A stretch of DNA of 63,817 nucleotides, counting the filler, from Atractiella rhizophila (Eukaryota): the NCBI GenBank assembly GCA_021432655.1. It is 11 parts of 11 records of this genome, joined end to end, with 100 filler letters (N's around TTAATTAATTAA, not from the genome) between each part and the next. Parts side by side here need not be neighbours in the genome. Positions count along the whole stretch, not along the records: positions 21,197 to 28,133 come from MU272255.1; positions 28,234 to 35,153 come from MU272256.1; 9 more parts are not named here. One strand, 5' to 3'. Below, piece after piece: positions 22,063 through 32,463 of the stretch (positions are counted from its first letter, which is position 1; every line of letters begins with the position of its first letter). The notes under the pieces are model-generated. The model saw nothing but the letters and a program-made list of their open reading frames with translations, made no database searches and was not told the DNA's origin. The position numbers and the translations under genes were made by a program.

Positions 22063-24965
22063 ATGAATTCTCTCCAGGCCATTTACGAAAAAGAAACCAG
22101 CAAGCTCACTCAACTTCTGACGGAGTTGGGCAAACTGGGAATCAAGGATGAGAAGATCCCACTGCCCGGTATCATCGTGGTTGGAAACCAGAGCGCTGGA
22201 AAGAGCTCTCTAGTTGAAGCTATCTCCAAAGTACGCCATCCTCTCTTCCTCTCATAGTCCTCAATATGGTTGAGTAGATATCTTTACCTCGAGATGTGAA
22301 CACTTGCACTCGATGCCCCATCACGATTTCGATGTCGAATTGTCCTTCAATGGATACGGTCGAGTACAAGTTCAGCATCCAAATTCGATACGACCGTTCC
22401 ACCGGTGATGCCCTGACCGCTGCTGAATCTCAGACTGTGGATTTCGGGCAAAACAGCCAAGATCCCAGGGCTGTGCCTGAAAGGATTCTTCGCGCGCAAA
22501 TGTACCTGCGGCATTCGGATCTTTCCATCGATTACTGCCTCGAGACACCACTGGATACCCTGACGAACAAGTTCAACGACTTGGCAGGGAAGAAGCAATT
22601 CTCAAAGAACATCATCCATGTCGAGGAGATGGGCCCTTATCTTCCTAACCTTGTATTCACCGACCTACCAGTGCGTGTGTCGCCAAACAGCATTTGTTTC
22701 TACGTTGACCTTTGATTGTAGGGAATAATCAGCAACACTGGGAGCAATTCATCCGAGAACACTATCGAGTTGGTGCAGTCTCTCGTTGCTGAGCAGATGA
22801 GCGTAGAATCCAACATCATCCTGGTGGCCATGCCAATGACAGGTCCGTTCATTCTCTATCCGCTGAACGGAACTGAACTACAGACCTAGATGACATGAAC
22901 AACCAAGCTGCATTCCGACTTGCCGCTGCCGCTGATCCAGGGGGCAAGAGAACAATTGGTCCTTTCTTGTATTATGAATCAGGAGTCTGAGTCTGACTTT
23001 CAGTAGGAGTCCTCACTAAGCCAGACTGTGTGAAAAACCCAGCCGAAGCAAAAGCAAAGGGAAGTCAGCTTTGAGCCAAATGCAGCTGGAACTAATCCTC
23101 CAACAGTGGTTCCGTAGCACCAAGCAAAGGGGTTACGGCTGCTTCTCTAGGTGTAAACAATGGAGACTTCTGCCTCATGATGGAGGCCTAAGCCATCGGT
23201 TTGACTTTATTCCGCACACTGGTCTCTAGACGGAGAGTTTAACGAACATCTTGTGCAGTTACGAAACTTGGTTTGGGAGCAGAGGACCTACTGTCACACA
23301 CACCCGAGGACTTGACGGAGCGGTTCAGGACCGTATGGTACACTTCAAGCATATAGCCTAAAGGTCTTCCGAGTTGTCCTTCCCGAGACCAAAGCTCCAG
23401 CTAACTAAAACTCCGCTAGCTGATAGTAAACCGCTTAGCAACCTTCCGATTGCTGTGGAGTTAGTGTAAAACTATTGACCACTTCTTCATCTGTTTGCTA
23501 AACGCTTTAGCAAGCGACTCTTCGAAATCATGTATCGTAATCCCACAACTAATGTAGGCGAATTCTCTAGGCATGGAACTGGTTCATTCACTGTTCCCTA
23601 GGCTACGGGGTAGGCTAGTTGGAGTAGTACCAACGAGGTGCCGAGGAGCAAAACTTTCATGTTGGAAAGGAAAACCTAAGGTTGGACCACAGGAGAGAAC
23701 TAACATAGGACCAACGTACCACTACTTTATAGGTACGAACTCGCTTTTTAGGAACAACGACAACAACTTTTGCCCATCNNNNNNNNNNNNNNNNNNNNNN
23801 NNNNNNNNNNNNNNNNNNNNNNNNNNNNNNNNNNNNNNNNNNNNNNNNNNNNNNNNNNNNNNNNNNNNNNNNNNNNNNNNNNNNNNNNNNNNNNNNNNNN
23901 NNNNNNNNNNNNNNNNNNNNNNNNNNNNNNNNNNNNNNNNNNNNNNNNNNNNNNNNNNNNNNNNNNNNNNNNNNNNNNNNNNNNNNNNNNNNNNNNNNNN
24001 NNNNNNNNNNNNNNNNNNNNNNNNNNNNNNNNNNNNNNNNNNNNNNNNNNNNNNNNNNNNNNNNNNNNNNNNNNNNNNNNNNNNNNNNNNNNNNNNNNNN
24101 NNNNNNNNNNNNNNNNNNNNNNNNNNNNNNNNNNNNNNNNNNNNNNNNNNNNNNNNNNNNNNNNNNNNNNNNNNNNNNNNNNNNNNNNNNNNNNNNNNNN
24201 NNNNNNNNNNNNNNNNNNNNNNNNNNNNNNNNNNNNNNNNNNNNNNNNNNNNNNNNNNNNNNNNNNNNNNNNNNNNNNNNNNNNNNNNNNNNNNNNNNNN
24301 NNNNNNNNNNNNNNNNNNNNNNNNNNNNNNNNNNNNNNNNNNNNNNNNNNNNNNNNNNNNNNNNNNNNNNNNNNNNNNNNNNNNNNNNNNNNNNNNNNNN
24401 NNNNNNNNNNNNNNNNNNNNNNNNNNNNNNNNNNNNNNNNNNNNNNNNNNNNNNNNNNNNNNNNNNNNNNNNNNNNNNNNNNNNNNNNNNNNNNNNNNNN
24501 NNNNNNNNNNNNNNNNNNNNNNNNNNNNNNNNNNNNNNNNNNNNNNNNNNNNNNNNNNNNNNNNNNNNNNNNNNNNNNNNNNNNNNNNNNNNNNNNNNNN
24601 NNNNNNNNNNNNNNNNNNNNNNNNNNNNNNNNNNNNNNNNNGCAGCTACTACCTGACTCGGGCAATCAGTCTTTTCTCTCGTCGTTTCGAATACATACTG
24701 ACTGAAATATGCTGTGGACTTCTTCTGTAGTATTCGTTTTGGTGTTGTGCCGAAAACCATCACTCAGAAATACCTACGAGAACTCGGGGAGGCGATGAAT
24801 AGTGCTCTGATGAAAGAGTGCACGCCAGATCCAGATAACGGAAACTATGAAGAGTTGAAAGCCCTGGTAGCTGAGGACCCAGAAGTCACGCTAAAGAGGA
24901 AAGAACTCAAGGCGTCTAAAGAGAAGTTGGAGTCTGCTCAAGCGGAATTGAGAAAGTACACTTGA
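22063..24965 (+). CDS. Mx-like dynamin-superfamily GTPase; multi-exon, middle part in a mirrored block and a gap
   Basis: G1 VVGNQSAGKSS, G2 TCTRCP, G3 TDLP|GII, G4 GVLTKPD, split by short introns (e.g. 22231-22277, 22671-22721). C-terminal GED-like exon RFGVVPKTI...LVAEDPEVTLKRKELKASKEKLESAQAEL* ends at 24965. Confidence 0.9.
23110..23778. other. Mirror-reversed (reversed, not complemented) block holding dynamin middle exons
   Basis: Read right to left it continues the exon-start TGG at 23107-23109: W-LPVFNNSNKDFSLKHGYFITMQP...ERLYFQNEEPWS...LVTYLVK|LLSERFRK|..LPTIRQ...HPGDEGLVQSIDVFYKQFERQI, with GT-AG introns and a few single-base indels. Confidence 0.93.
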
Positions 24966-25094
24966 AATAGTTGCATGTGGATGTCCGAAATTATGTACGA
25001 GGCTGGCAAAGGTGAAAAAAATTCAATTGAAGTTAACGCCACTCGAAGATCTCAATAATTTATCCCAATCAACGACAAAAGCTGGTTTTCACAA

Positions 25095-26714
25095 TCAAAA
25101 GTCTTCAACCTCTCCTCCTTTCTCCTTTTGCACCTCGTAGAGACCCATGAAGACATCCGCATCATCCACAAGCTGGTCGAAAAAGGAAAGGGATGTCCAT
25201 TCAGCTTCTTCCCGACCTTCAAATAAATGGAAAGCCACATCTCGCCCTTTTGCAGTCAGACTGTCTTTGTACGCCAGAGCTCGTTGGAGCTCCAATGGAG
25301 ACCACTCTCCGAAAAACAATCTGATACTGAGCCATGCATCTTTGCGGGAGGCGAAGAACCAGTTTGCAAAATCGAGAAATCCGACGAAGGCGACGGAGCA
25401 ATAGCCGATGTCCAGAAAGCGCAAATTGGACAGATTGCGCAAGGAACGTTGGCTGAAAAATTGAATAGGAAGGACTTGGTTCCGGTCGTGTCCTCCATCT
25501 AGTGTAAGCACTTTCAGATTTGTGAGGTTTGAGATTTCGAGAGGATGATCCAGAGCGAAACGACCGGTTTCAAAACGTTCGCTCTGTTCGAAATCTAGAT
25601 TTAACCTTTCTAAAGTCGCCTGTAGCTCGGAGAGAGACTCCAAAGGTGGAGTTTGGCGAAGGTCAAAATCTCCAAGTGTCGCAAACACAGGCAGCTCCTT
25701 AAGGCGGAAGTGAAGGACGGAATTCTTTGCAGGAATATCACAGTCAGCACGTTCCGGAGTCGTGATTGTTTCGCTGAGGGACAAAGCGCTCGGAGTAATA
25801 CAAGCAAGTCCTAAGCGATAGAGCAACGGAGTTGTATAAGAAAGGAGGAAGTGGCAATCTTCTTCAGACCAGCCAATGAGCCCTAAGCTTCTTATCGATT
25901 CCATTGCAACCAACGCACTCAAGGCCGGCTTTTCATGCGCCGCTGGTGGACCACTGAGAACGACACAGGTAATCTTCTGATAGACTTTAAGGGCCCGAAA
26001 GAGAATGGTGAATTCAATTTTCCGTTGCCGTTCGTGCTCGGTGTAACAAAACTTGAACCAGAAACGACGCGGAGCAGGACATTGTTGCAACAAGCGAAGC
26101 TTCTGGTTCCCTTCCAATGGCTCGATTTCGCGGATAGCCATTTCTTCTCTCCAACTGCGACACACCGCCGAATAATTCAAGCGAGACGTTTGTTTCCAAT
26201 CGGCTGCGCGTAGGCAATCAAAAATCATTGCCAAAAGTTCAAAGGGTAGTTTGTCGAACGGCGAAGTTTGAGGCGCGATGTCCAATTGAAAGAAAATGGT
26301 ATGATGAATCAGACGAGATTCAGATTTACTTTTCCAGTCGATTTCAACCGTTAAAGCAGAAGGTCCTTCTTGCAAATCGAACGTGAATATCTTATGTTGC
26401 ATCTTCGCAGCCTGTGGTACATCGAACCTGGCCAGGTAACCGGTGTAGGGTGAAATATAAATAAACAAGTCGGTAGATTGAAAGGTGTCAAAAGTCGTTA
26501 GTTGAGGCACTGAAAGGCGAGATGATAGAATCCTTTCTCCTTCTCCAACAGCGGCCGTAAGAAGGAAGTGGACCTTTCGTACCGATGTCCATCTGCGAAA
26601 AGCTGGGGTCCAACTGAAAGAGACGGTTTCGCTTGTTCTGGGAATATCAGATGGTGGTTTGGAGACCAGATAGCTGTGCAGGAAAGGAACGCGCTGCTGA
26701 TCCGACAGCGCCAT
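25095..26714 (-). CDS. F-box and leucine-rich-repeat-like protein, 539 aa, apparently intronless
   Basis: F-box-like SPFDKLPFELLAMIFDCL...YSAVCRSWRE, followed by LxxLxL units (LERLNLD, LTNLKVLTLDG, LSNLRFLDIGYC). Confidence 0.75.
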   Translation of the reverse strand: MALSDQQRVPFLHSYLVSKPPSDIPRTSETVSFSWTPAFRRWTSVRKVHFLLTAAVGEGERILSSRLSVPQLTTFDTFQSTDLFIYISPYTGYLARFDVPQAAKMQHKIFTFDLQEGPSALTVEIDWKSKSESRLIHHTIFFQLDIAPQTSPFDKLPFELLAMIFDCLRAADWKQTSRLNYSAVCRSWREEMAIREIEPLEGNQKLRLLQQCPAPRRFWFKFCYTEHERQRKIEFTILFRALKVYQKITCVVLSGPPAAHEKPALSALVAMESIRSLGLIGWSEEDCHFLLSYTTPLLYRLGLACITPSALSLSETITTPERADCDIPAKNSVLHFRLKELPVFATLGDFDLRQTPPLESLSELQATLERLNLDFEQSERFETGRFALDHPLEISNLTNLKVLTLDGGHDRNQVLPIQFFSQRSLRNLSNLRFLDIGYCSVAFVGFLDFANWFFASRKDAWLSIRLFFGEWSPLELQRALAYKDSLTAKGRDVAFHLFEGREEAEWTSLSFFDQLVDDADVFMGLYEVQKEKGGEVEDF

Positions 26715-28133
26715 AGAGCGGTCGATAAAAAGCTATGTGCTGGTCAGCAAACAATGTGTGTATAACGATCAAGTTGGACAGGATACCAGGATATCACTAT
26801 CGCCAGAAAATCCAACTCGAGTGTTCTAAAAAGTCCTCTTTTGAATGGTTCTATGCATTTCCCGCATGTGTCAGCATTTAGCAATCAAAGGAAGTTTCAG
26901 GGTATCGATGGAAGAGCAAAAGCAATGGATAACGTTGGTCCCATGAAAGAGAAATTTGGAGTATTAACGAATCCTGGTCACAATGCTTTTCCTTCAAGCG
27001 CCAAGCTTCACATTGCAGGATTTAGATACTCAGCGTGCTTCGACCCCTCAAAAATCAACAGCGTGAAAAAACAGGCGCAGTTGGTAGCATAGGTACATTG
27101 ACCAAACACTCAGAAAGGTGAAAGAGAAAGGTAAAAGTCCAGTTGGAAAAGTCAAGCGCGTCGTCTTCCAAACCAATGCACGTGACCAAGTCCAGCTCAA
27201 AACTCTGCCAGCACCTTTCATCTCTCCAGCAGATCTCTAGTACAGGGATTGGGGCAATGAAGAACGAGTGTTAATGAGGAGCGGTATGGCGCTGAGACAG
27301 GCAGGAATTCCACGCGTTAGTACCAAGGAGTGAGACTCTGAGCATTAAGCAACTAGGAATTGGATGGGCCACTGCACACGGATAATGATTGCGTGATGAG
27401 CCTGCGATAGGTGAGTATCTACTCTGCCTTTCAAGTGGGAGCGGAATGGATGCTTGTTTGCCTCCTTGACATTCATTTGGCAAAGACTTAACAACAAACT
27501 GCATCCTTCCTGCGCTACATGAGATGTGTTGAATCGTGTATATTGGTTTAAGGACATTCCTCCAGGAGAGATTCTACGTCCGACGCTCGCTGTTGCTACC
27601 TGCTACTATACATGAGGGTAGCCCAGTAAACCTATGTTTTTTGGCTATAAAAGTAGGGCAGAGGCATGTTTTGTGCCCAGGCTTGAAATCCAAGCTTCTC
27701 TGTGCTGTCATGAAGCCACCGCCACAGTTGGAAGATGCTAAACACGGCTGCATATAGAAATAACGTTTGGTTTCCATGACTGAACGAACGCTTTATAGAG
27801 CTTATTCAACTTGAAGTATTTATTTGCTCCCCGTGCGCTCACGTCCCATGGTTGCTTCAAAGTAACCCAGCACTAACTGTAGACCTACATTGCCGGTACT
27901 GTCTTACTGTCTCCGGTAGTGTTTAGGTGAAGTCACCGGTGCTTTTCAAGCATACAAGGTCAAGACCGCTGCTGGTCTACATCACATTTTGCGGCGCCGA
28001 GCGGGCAACGAGACTTCTCAATGTGTGCAGCCGAAGTTTATAACTTTGTGATGCTGAGAATGAGGTTGTAAATTTGATGTCAATTCTCCGACATCCCCCA
28101 CTGTCCGAGCGAGTTTGTGCCACAGATGAAGCA

Positions 28134-28233
28134 NNNNNNNNNNNNNNNNNNNNNNNNNNNNNNNNNNNNNNNNNNNNTTAATTAATTAANNNNNNNNNNN
28201 NNNNNNNNNNNNNNNNNNNNNNNNNNNNNNNNN
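28134..28233. other. Artificial scaffold linker
   Basis: N44-TTAATTAATTAA-N44. Confidence 0.98.
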
Positions 28234-29410
28234 CGCTCTCTCCGACCTTCTCAACCCGTCTTCCTCCAATGAGGAAACGAGAGATGGACTCACAGGCGTC
28301 CTATGGTCTGCTTTGCTTAGGAACCTCGCTGTGGCAGCCATCAAGAGGTCAAATTGGGGAATCGCACTCATGTGTCTCAACAATCCAACCTTGGATGCGG
28401 AGGCTAGGGCCGAGGTTTTTCTTCATCTCTGGCGGGTGCTTCCACTCTCTACGGGCGACAGCAATGCGAGCGCTGAGATGAACGGGAAAGAAATGGAGGA
28501 TGGAAAAGGAGGACTGTCTAAAGAGCGACAAGCCATCCTCCATCTCCTTCCGCTCCATCCCCTCTCCGGCCCTTCCGTCCCTCCACTCCTCCACCTCCTC
28601 TGGAACGAGGGATTCGTGCTCGTCGTAGCCCGTCTCGCCCTCAAATACCCATCCGCCCTCTCCGGCGAAGGAAGGCTTGTGACCAAGTTGCTCAAACATC
28701 TGGTTCGCTCCCGTCGGCCGCGCATAGCAGAAAAGATCTTTCGATCAATTGACGAAGAGACGAGGGCGAGACAACACTTTGACGCCTTGCTCTCAACACA
28801 TTGTGTTGCAGTCGCCGATCGGATTTGGGACGAGATGAGGAATTCTCCGGAGTTCAAATCGAGGTTCATGCCGACTCTCGAGTCGTTTAATGCCCGTTTC
28901 CTACATTTGTCGAGGAAGGGAGACGTACAAGGAATATTGAAGGCTAGACGCGAGATGTCGAAGTGGGGACTAGAGCCCGACATCTCGAGTTATAACAGGT
29001 TGATACACTGCTATTCGAAGGCGGGTCGTAGGCATCTTGTCACTCGGACCCTCAAGGAGATGCGATGGAGCGGAGTGGAGATGAATGCCACCACTGCCAA
29101 TTGTCTGCTGTCACTCAGGAGAAGAGGAAACTTTCCAACGTTGAGGCAGGTTGAGAGACATTTGGAAAAGTGGAAGGGGAAGGAGGGGATGACGGATCAT
29201 GTGACGGAGAATATTTATTTGAAGGCTGTCCTTGCGAGTGGAAAGGTTCCGGGACAGGGGAAGCAGTGGATGGAGGGAGAGAGGGAAAACTTGATCGCAG
29301 CTGTAAAGTTGGAGACGAAGCATGAACTAGAGAAAAACGACAAGTGGTGGGTCGAGAGAATCGGAAAGGCGAGAATGAGCATTTTGAGGAGAGCGCAGAA
29401 AGGGGGTTAA
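28234..29410 (+). CDS. Pentatricopeptide-repeat (PPR) protein; 5' truncated
   Basis: 35-aa PPR units: PTLESFNARFLHLSRKGDVQGILKARREMSKWGLE / PDISSYNRLIHCYSKAGRRHLVTRTLKEMRWSGVE / MNATTANCLL. Confidence 0.85.
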
Positions 29411-30229
29411 GAGGAAATATGTTAGTATTTCCATTTTTCTTTATTGAGGATGTTGGCTAATGTGTCAGGAAGCGTCCATTGCGTTGCTAACGTCGCATAG
29501 CGCAGTGTAAGAAGCGTCTTCTTGTTGCGCGAGTCTCCTACCACGACCTGCCATTCGACGCCTCCGAATCTGCCGCCCCCCCTACCCACTCTCTGTGCTC
29601 GTTACTATGTCCTGGCACCCTACGTAGCATCAGCGACAAATGAACATGTCACCAACTACTACTCAGACCGTGCACTATTGTTACTTGTGAAGTTAAAACA
29701 CAGACCTACAAACCCCCCTTACACTCTATCCACGTGACCTTCCTTCACCCCACCCAGGAGACTATGTGACCATAGGTTCGATACAACTTTTCCTTCCTGT
29801 CGTGATTTAGGGAAGGTAGAGGCTGCTTGGACGTTCAACGGGTGCGAGTAGACGTGAGCCTTGAGGGGCAAGAGAAAGTAGCTACCAGGACCTATAAGAC
29901 CTACCAGAAAAGCAATAGCTGCTTTTCTTTAGTTGCACATAGGCTGCTGTCCTACGAAGTGAAGGTACGGCGTTGTAAGCGGAATAGGGGGCGCGTTTGG
30001 AAAGGTGTGGTCTTCCTGCAAGACAGTTCGAGGTGGAGCGGTAAAGAACTGCCATGCTTGAAGACTCTACCTCAAAGCCTGACATCTTCCTGCAAATGTA
30101 GGGAGGCAGGTAAAGCAGGCTGGCAAGCAGGTAAAAGACCGATTCAAGTAAATCGACGATCCAGACGTGGTTACTGGATGGGCAAAGACGGAGTGATGGT
30201 CTCGTTGTAGCGAAGCGCGGAAAAGTTTT

Positions 30230-30745
30230 TACTTATGACTCTCAGCTTGGAAGAAAAAGAAGCTTCTCCAGCGAGTGGGCCACTCGCTACTTAGCATATG
30301 AGAAGCGTACATTCAGAAGAAAAACAATGCGCATGTTTGACTGTGACTAACCTCGGATGTCGCGGCCGGCGCACAACCTTCGAAACCACTGGAAACTGTC
30401 TCCCTGTATATTTGAGCATAAGCTGAGACTTCCTCCTCTCGACAACGGCAGTTGCGTGACCTCCCGATTTCAAACCGAGGTTCCAAGACGAAAGTAGTCG
30501 ACAGCCTCTACTTTCCGATTGTCATCTAAGTCCTGTTCTAACAGGTAGAGGAACGTGGACCTCTATATTCCCTTTCTTCATAGTGCTTTCATGCGGAAAG
30601 TGCCAGTAAAACTCAGTGGTGACTGAGAGTCTACTGTCAAAACCGGGTACAGGACTGAACAGTTAAGTCTGCGCCAAAGTTGCTGGGGAACTTCCTCAAT
30701 ACGTCCGAGACCTTCCGTTTTCGGATAGGTCACTTCTGTCTTATT
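30230..30745. CDS. Hidden small protein, copy A (~120 aa, four exons); readable only as the complement left to right, true strand minus after correction
   Basis: MNTESRTFFFFEEVAHPVSDESYTLRI|AGRVLEALVTFDRGTYKLVFDSEGGELLPSTHWRAKVWLQG|QDCPSPCTWRYK(one extra G)ERSITK|MTVLAHVLTCQFRRGFNDPLKELCRLWKAKAYPVKTE*. Donors GTAAGT, GTTCTG, GTACGC with CTGAC/CTAAC branch points and CAG acceptors. Confidence 0.7.
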
Positions 30746-31293
30746 TACGGACTACGAGTATTTCACTTCCCAAATTATAGAGAAAGGCAGACATTGCCGG
30801 GTCCCTGATGTCCTCTGTGTAGGCGGCACCAGCAGACGCGCTGTTTAGTCTAGACTACTAGAAAACTGAAGTTCAAGCATGTGAGGACGAGGCCTAGTAA
30901 ATGTGGGAAAGAGACGGTGTTTCAGGTAGAAGACGGTGCAAACGTAACCGCTGGGTATAGTAGAATAAAGAAGATACTCGATCACCGTTACTTACGGTGT
31001 AACCCTTGCAAGTTGGGGTTCGCTACGACGGAAGCTGCGAACAGGTGTCTCACTGACACAAGAGCTGTACTAACGAAGGTCTGCAAATACTTGGTCTACT
31101 CGGTTAAAATAGTCCGACTAGTGAAAACAGTACCTCCAAGCCTGAGATGCTCCTGCTGCTGTGTAAAGCACTCATACCAGACCTGGCAGGCAGGGAAGCG
31201 CCGTTAGATGAACTTAGAGATAAATTCAAGACCGAGAGGGCTAACGGGATGATCGTGCGAGGCGAGTGTAAAGGGATTGATGTAGGGACGCTC

Positions 31294-31811
31294 TACTTAT
31301 GACTCTCCGCTCTGAAAAGAAGAAGGTCCTCCAACTAGTGGGGCACTCGCTACCTAGAATGTACTTTTACATTTGGAAAGCCAACACAAATCCGCCATAT
31401 TTAAATACGTCTAACCTCAGATGTCACGCCCAGCGCACAAACTTTGTAACCACTGAAAGTTATCACCTTGTATATTTGGGCACGAGCTGGATCGTCCTTT
31501 GCTCCATGATGGAAGTTGCGTCAGCTCCCGATTTTAGACCAACGTTCCATGACACAGTATTTTTGTGGACTTGAGTTATCCTGATTGCCAACACTGATCC
31601 GGTTCTAACAGGTAAAGGGACGTGGACCTCTATATTCCTTTCTTCATAATACTTTCATGCGGAGAGTGTCAGTAAAGCTCAGTGTTGAGTAAGAGTCTAC
31701 TGTCAAAACCTGGTACAGGACTGAACAGTTAAGTCTGCGCCAAAGTTGCTAGGAAACTTCCTTAACACATCCGAGACCTTCCGCTTTCGAAGAGTCCACT
31801 TGAGCCTTACT
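31294..31811. CDS. Hidden small protein, copy B; tandem paralog of copy A in the same mirrored orientation
   Basis: Same exon layout. Last exon MTVLDHVLTCQFRRGFNDPLKELCRLWKAKASQVNSE* differs from copy A by a run of seven synonymous third-position changes and has its stop in the same position. One indel in exon 1 (read error or decay). Confidence 0.65.
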
Positions 31812-32463
31812 TATCGACTATAAGTGTTTTCCTGTACTACAGAAGGAGTTAGACGTTCTGCAATTTATCTCTAACTCTCACCCCCTCTGACAAGGCGGTG
31901 ATAGCGCGTAGAAAAACTCCAACTTTCGCAACTCCTTCTTTATAAGCAGGTCCTCGAGCTCTAACCTAGAGCAGACTCACGGCACTATGGTAACCACGTA
32001 CTACGTATCCGGGACGAGAGACAAAACTAGAAACGTTGTCTGAGACACCACGTATTTGAGTGTAGGCAAGATTGTAGATCCGCTAACCTACGAACTCTTA
32101 CACTCTTTAACGGAGGTGGTAGTCGGGTGTGCTTAGCTTGCTGCGCGTAGCGTTGATGACGCTCAAAAGTCTTAGTTTGCACACACTTTCTTCCCTAGTC
32201 TTTGTATGAGGATCGGAGATGCTACCTTCGCAATTGGGTTCAGTGCACGTAAGCCACCGTCTGGAACCTTGGGACGTGTTGTTACCATTTGCCTAGCAGT
32301 TTTCCCTTTCCCTTTTCTAACGTGTGCGAATTTAACTCGCGGCCTAGGAGTAGAGCATAGGTGTATTAATCAACATGTTGTTGTTAGAGCAGTATTCCGA
32401 TGTTCAGAGATGNNNNNNNNNNNNNNNNNNNNNNNNNNNNNNNNNNNNNNNNNNNNNNNNNNN

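Larger units (their letters stand above)
29469..32412. other. Mirror-reversed block holding dynactin p62 exon 1 and a tandem gene pair
   Basis: Read right to left from 29626: MHPTVLYHCSCLSP..PSKPPQLTVQHHPLSALFFCEECDAIRCNRCVTCE. Its last 26 nt duplicate the first 26 nt after the gap (32464-32489) with one mismatch. Confidence 0.93.

Noticed and set aside
23110..23778. Transposon or LTR insertion disrupting the dynamin gene
   Set aside because: The block is the dynamin gene's own sequence, mirror-reversed.
23573..24763. Long ORFs of 305-385 aa spanning the N gap
   Set aside because: They consist almost entirely of X residues translated from Ns.
18239..26714. Apparent immunity island of NLR, Mx-like dynamin and F-box gene
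   Set aside because: An artificial linker at 21097-21196 separates the NLR from the other two genes; the adjacency comes from size sorting.
30230..30745. Ten1 (CST complex) identity for the hidden small proteins
   Set aside because: The size and short matches (TLRIAGRV; VLAHVLTC..GFNDPL) are suggestive, but the better-supported middle frame gives a Cys/His motif rather than a clear OB fold. Not assignable without a profile search.
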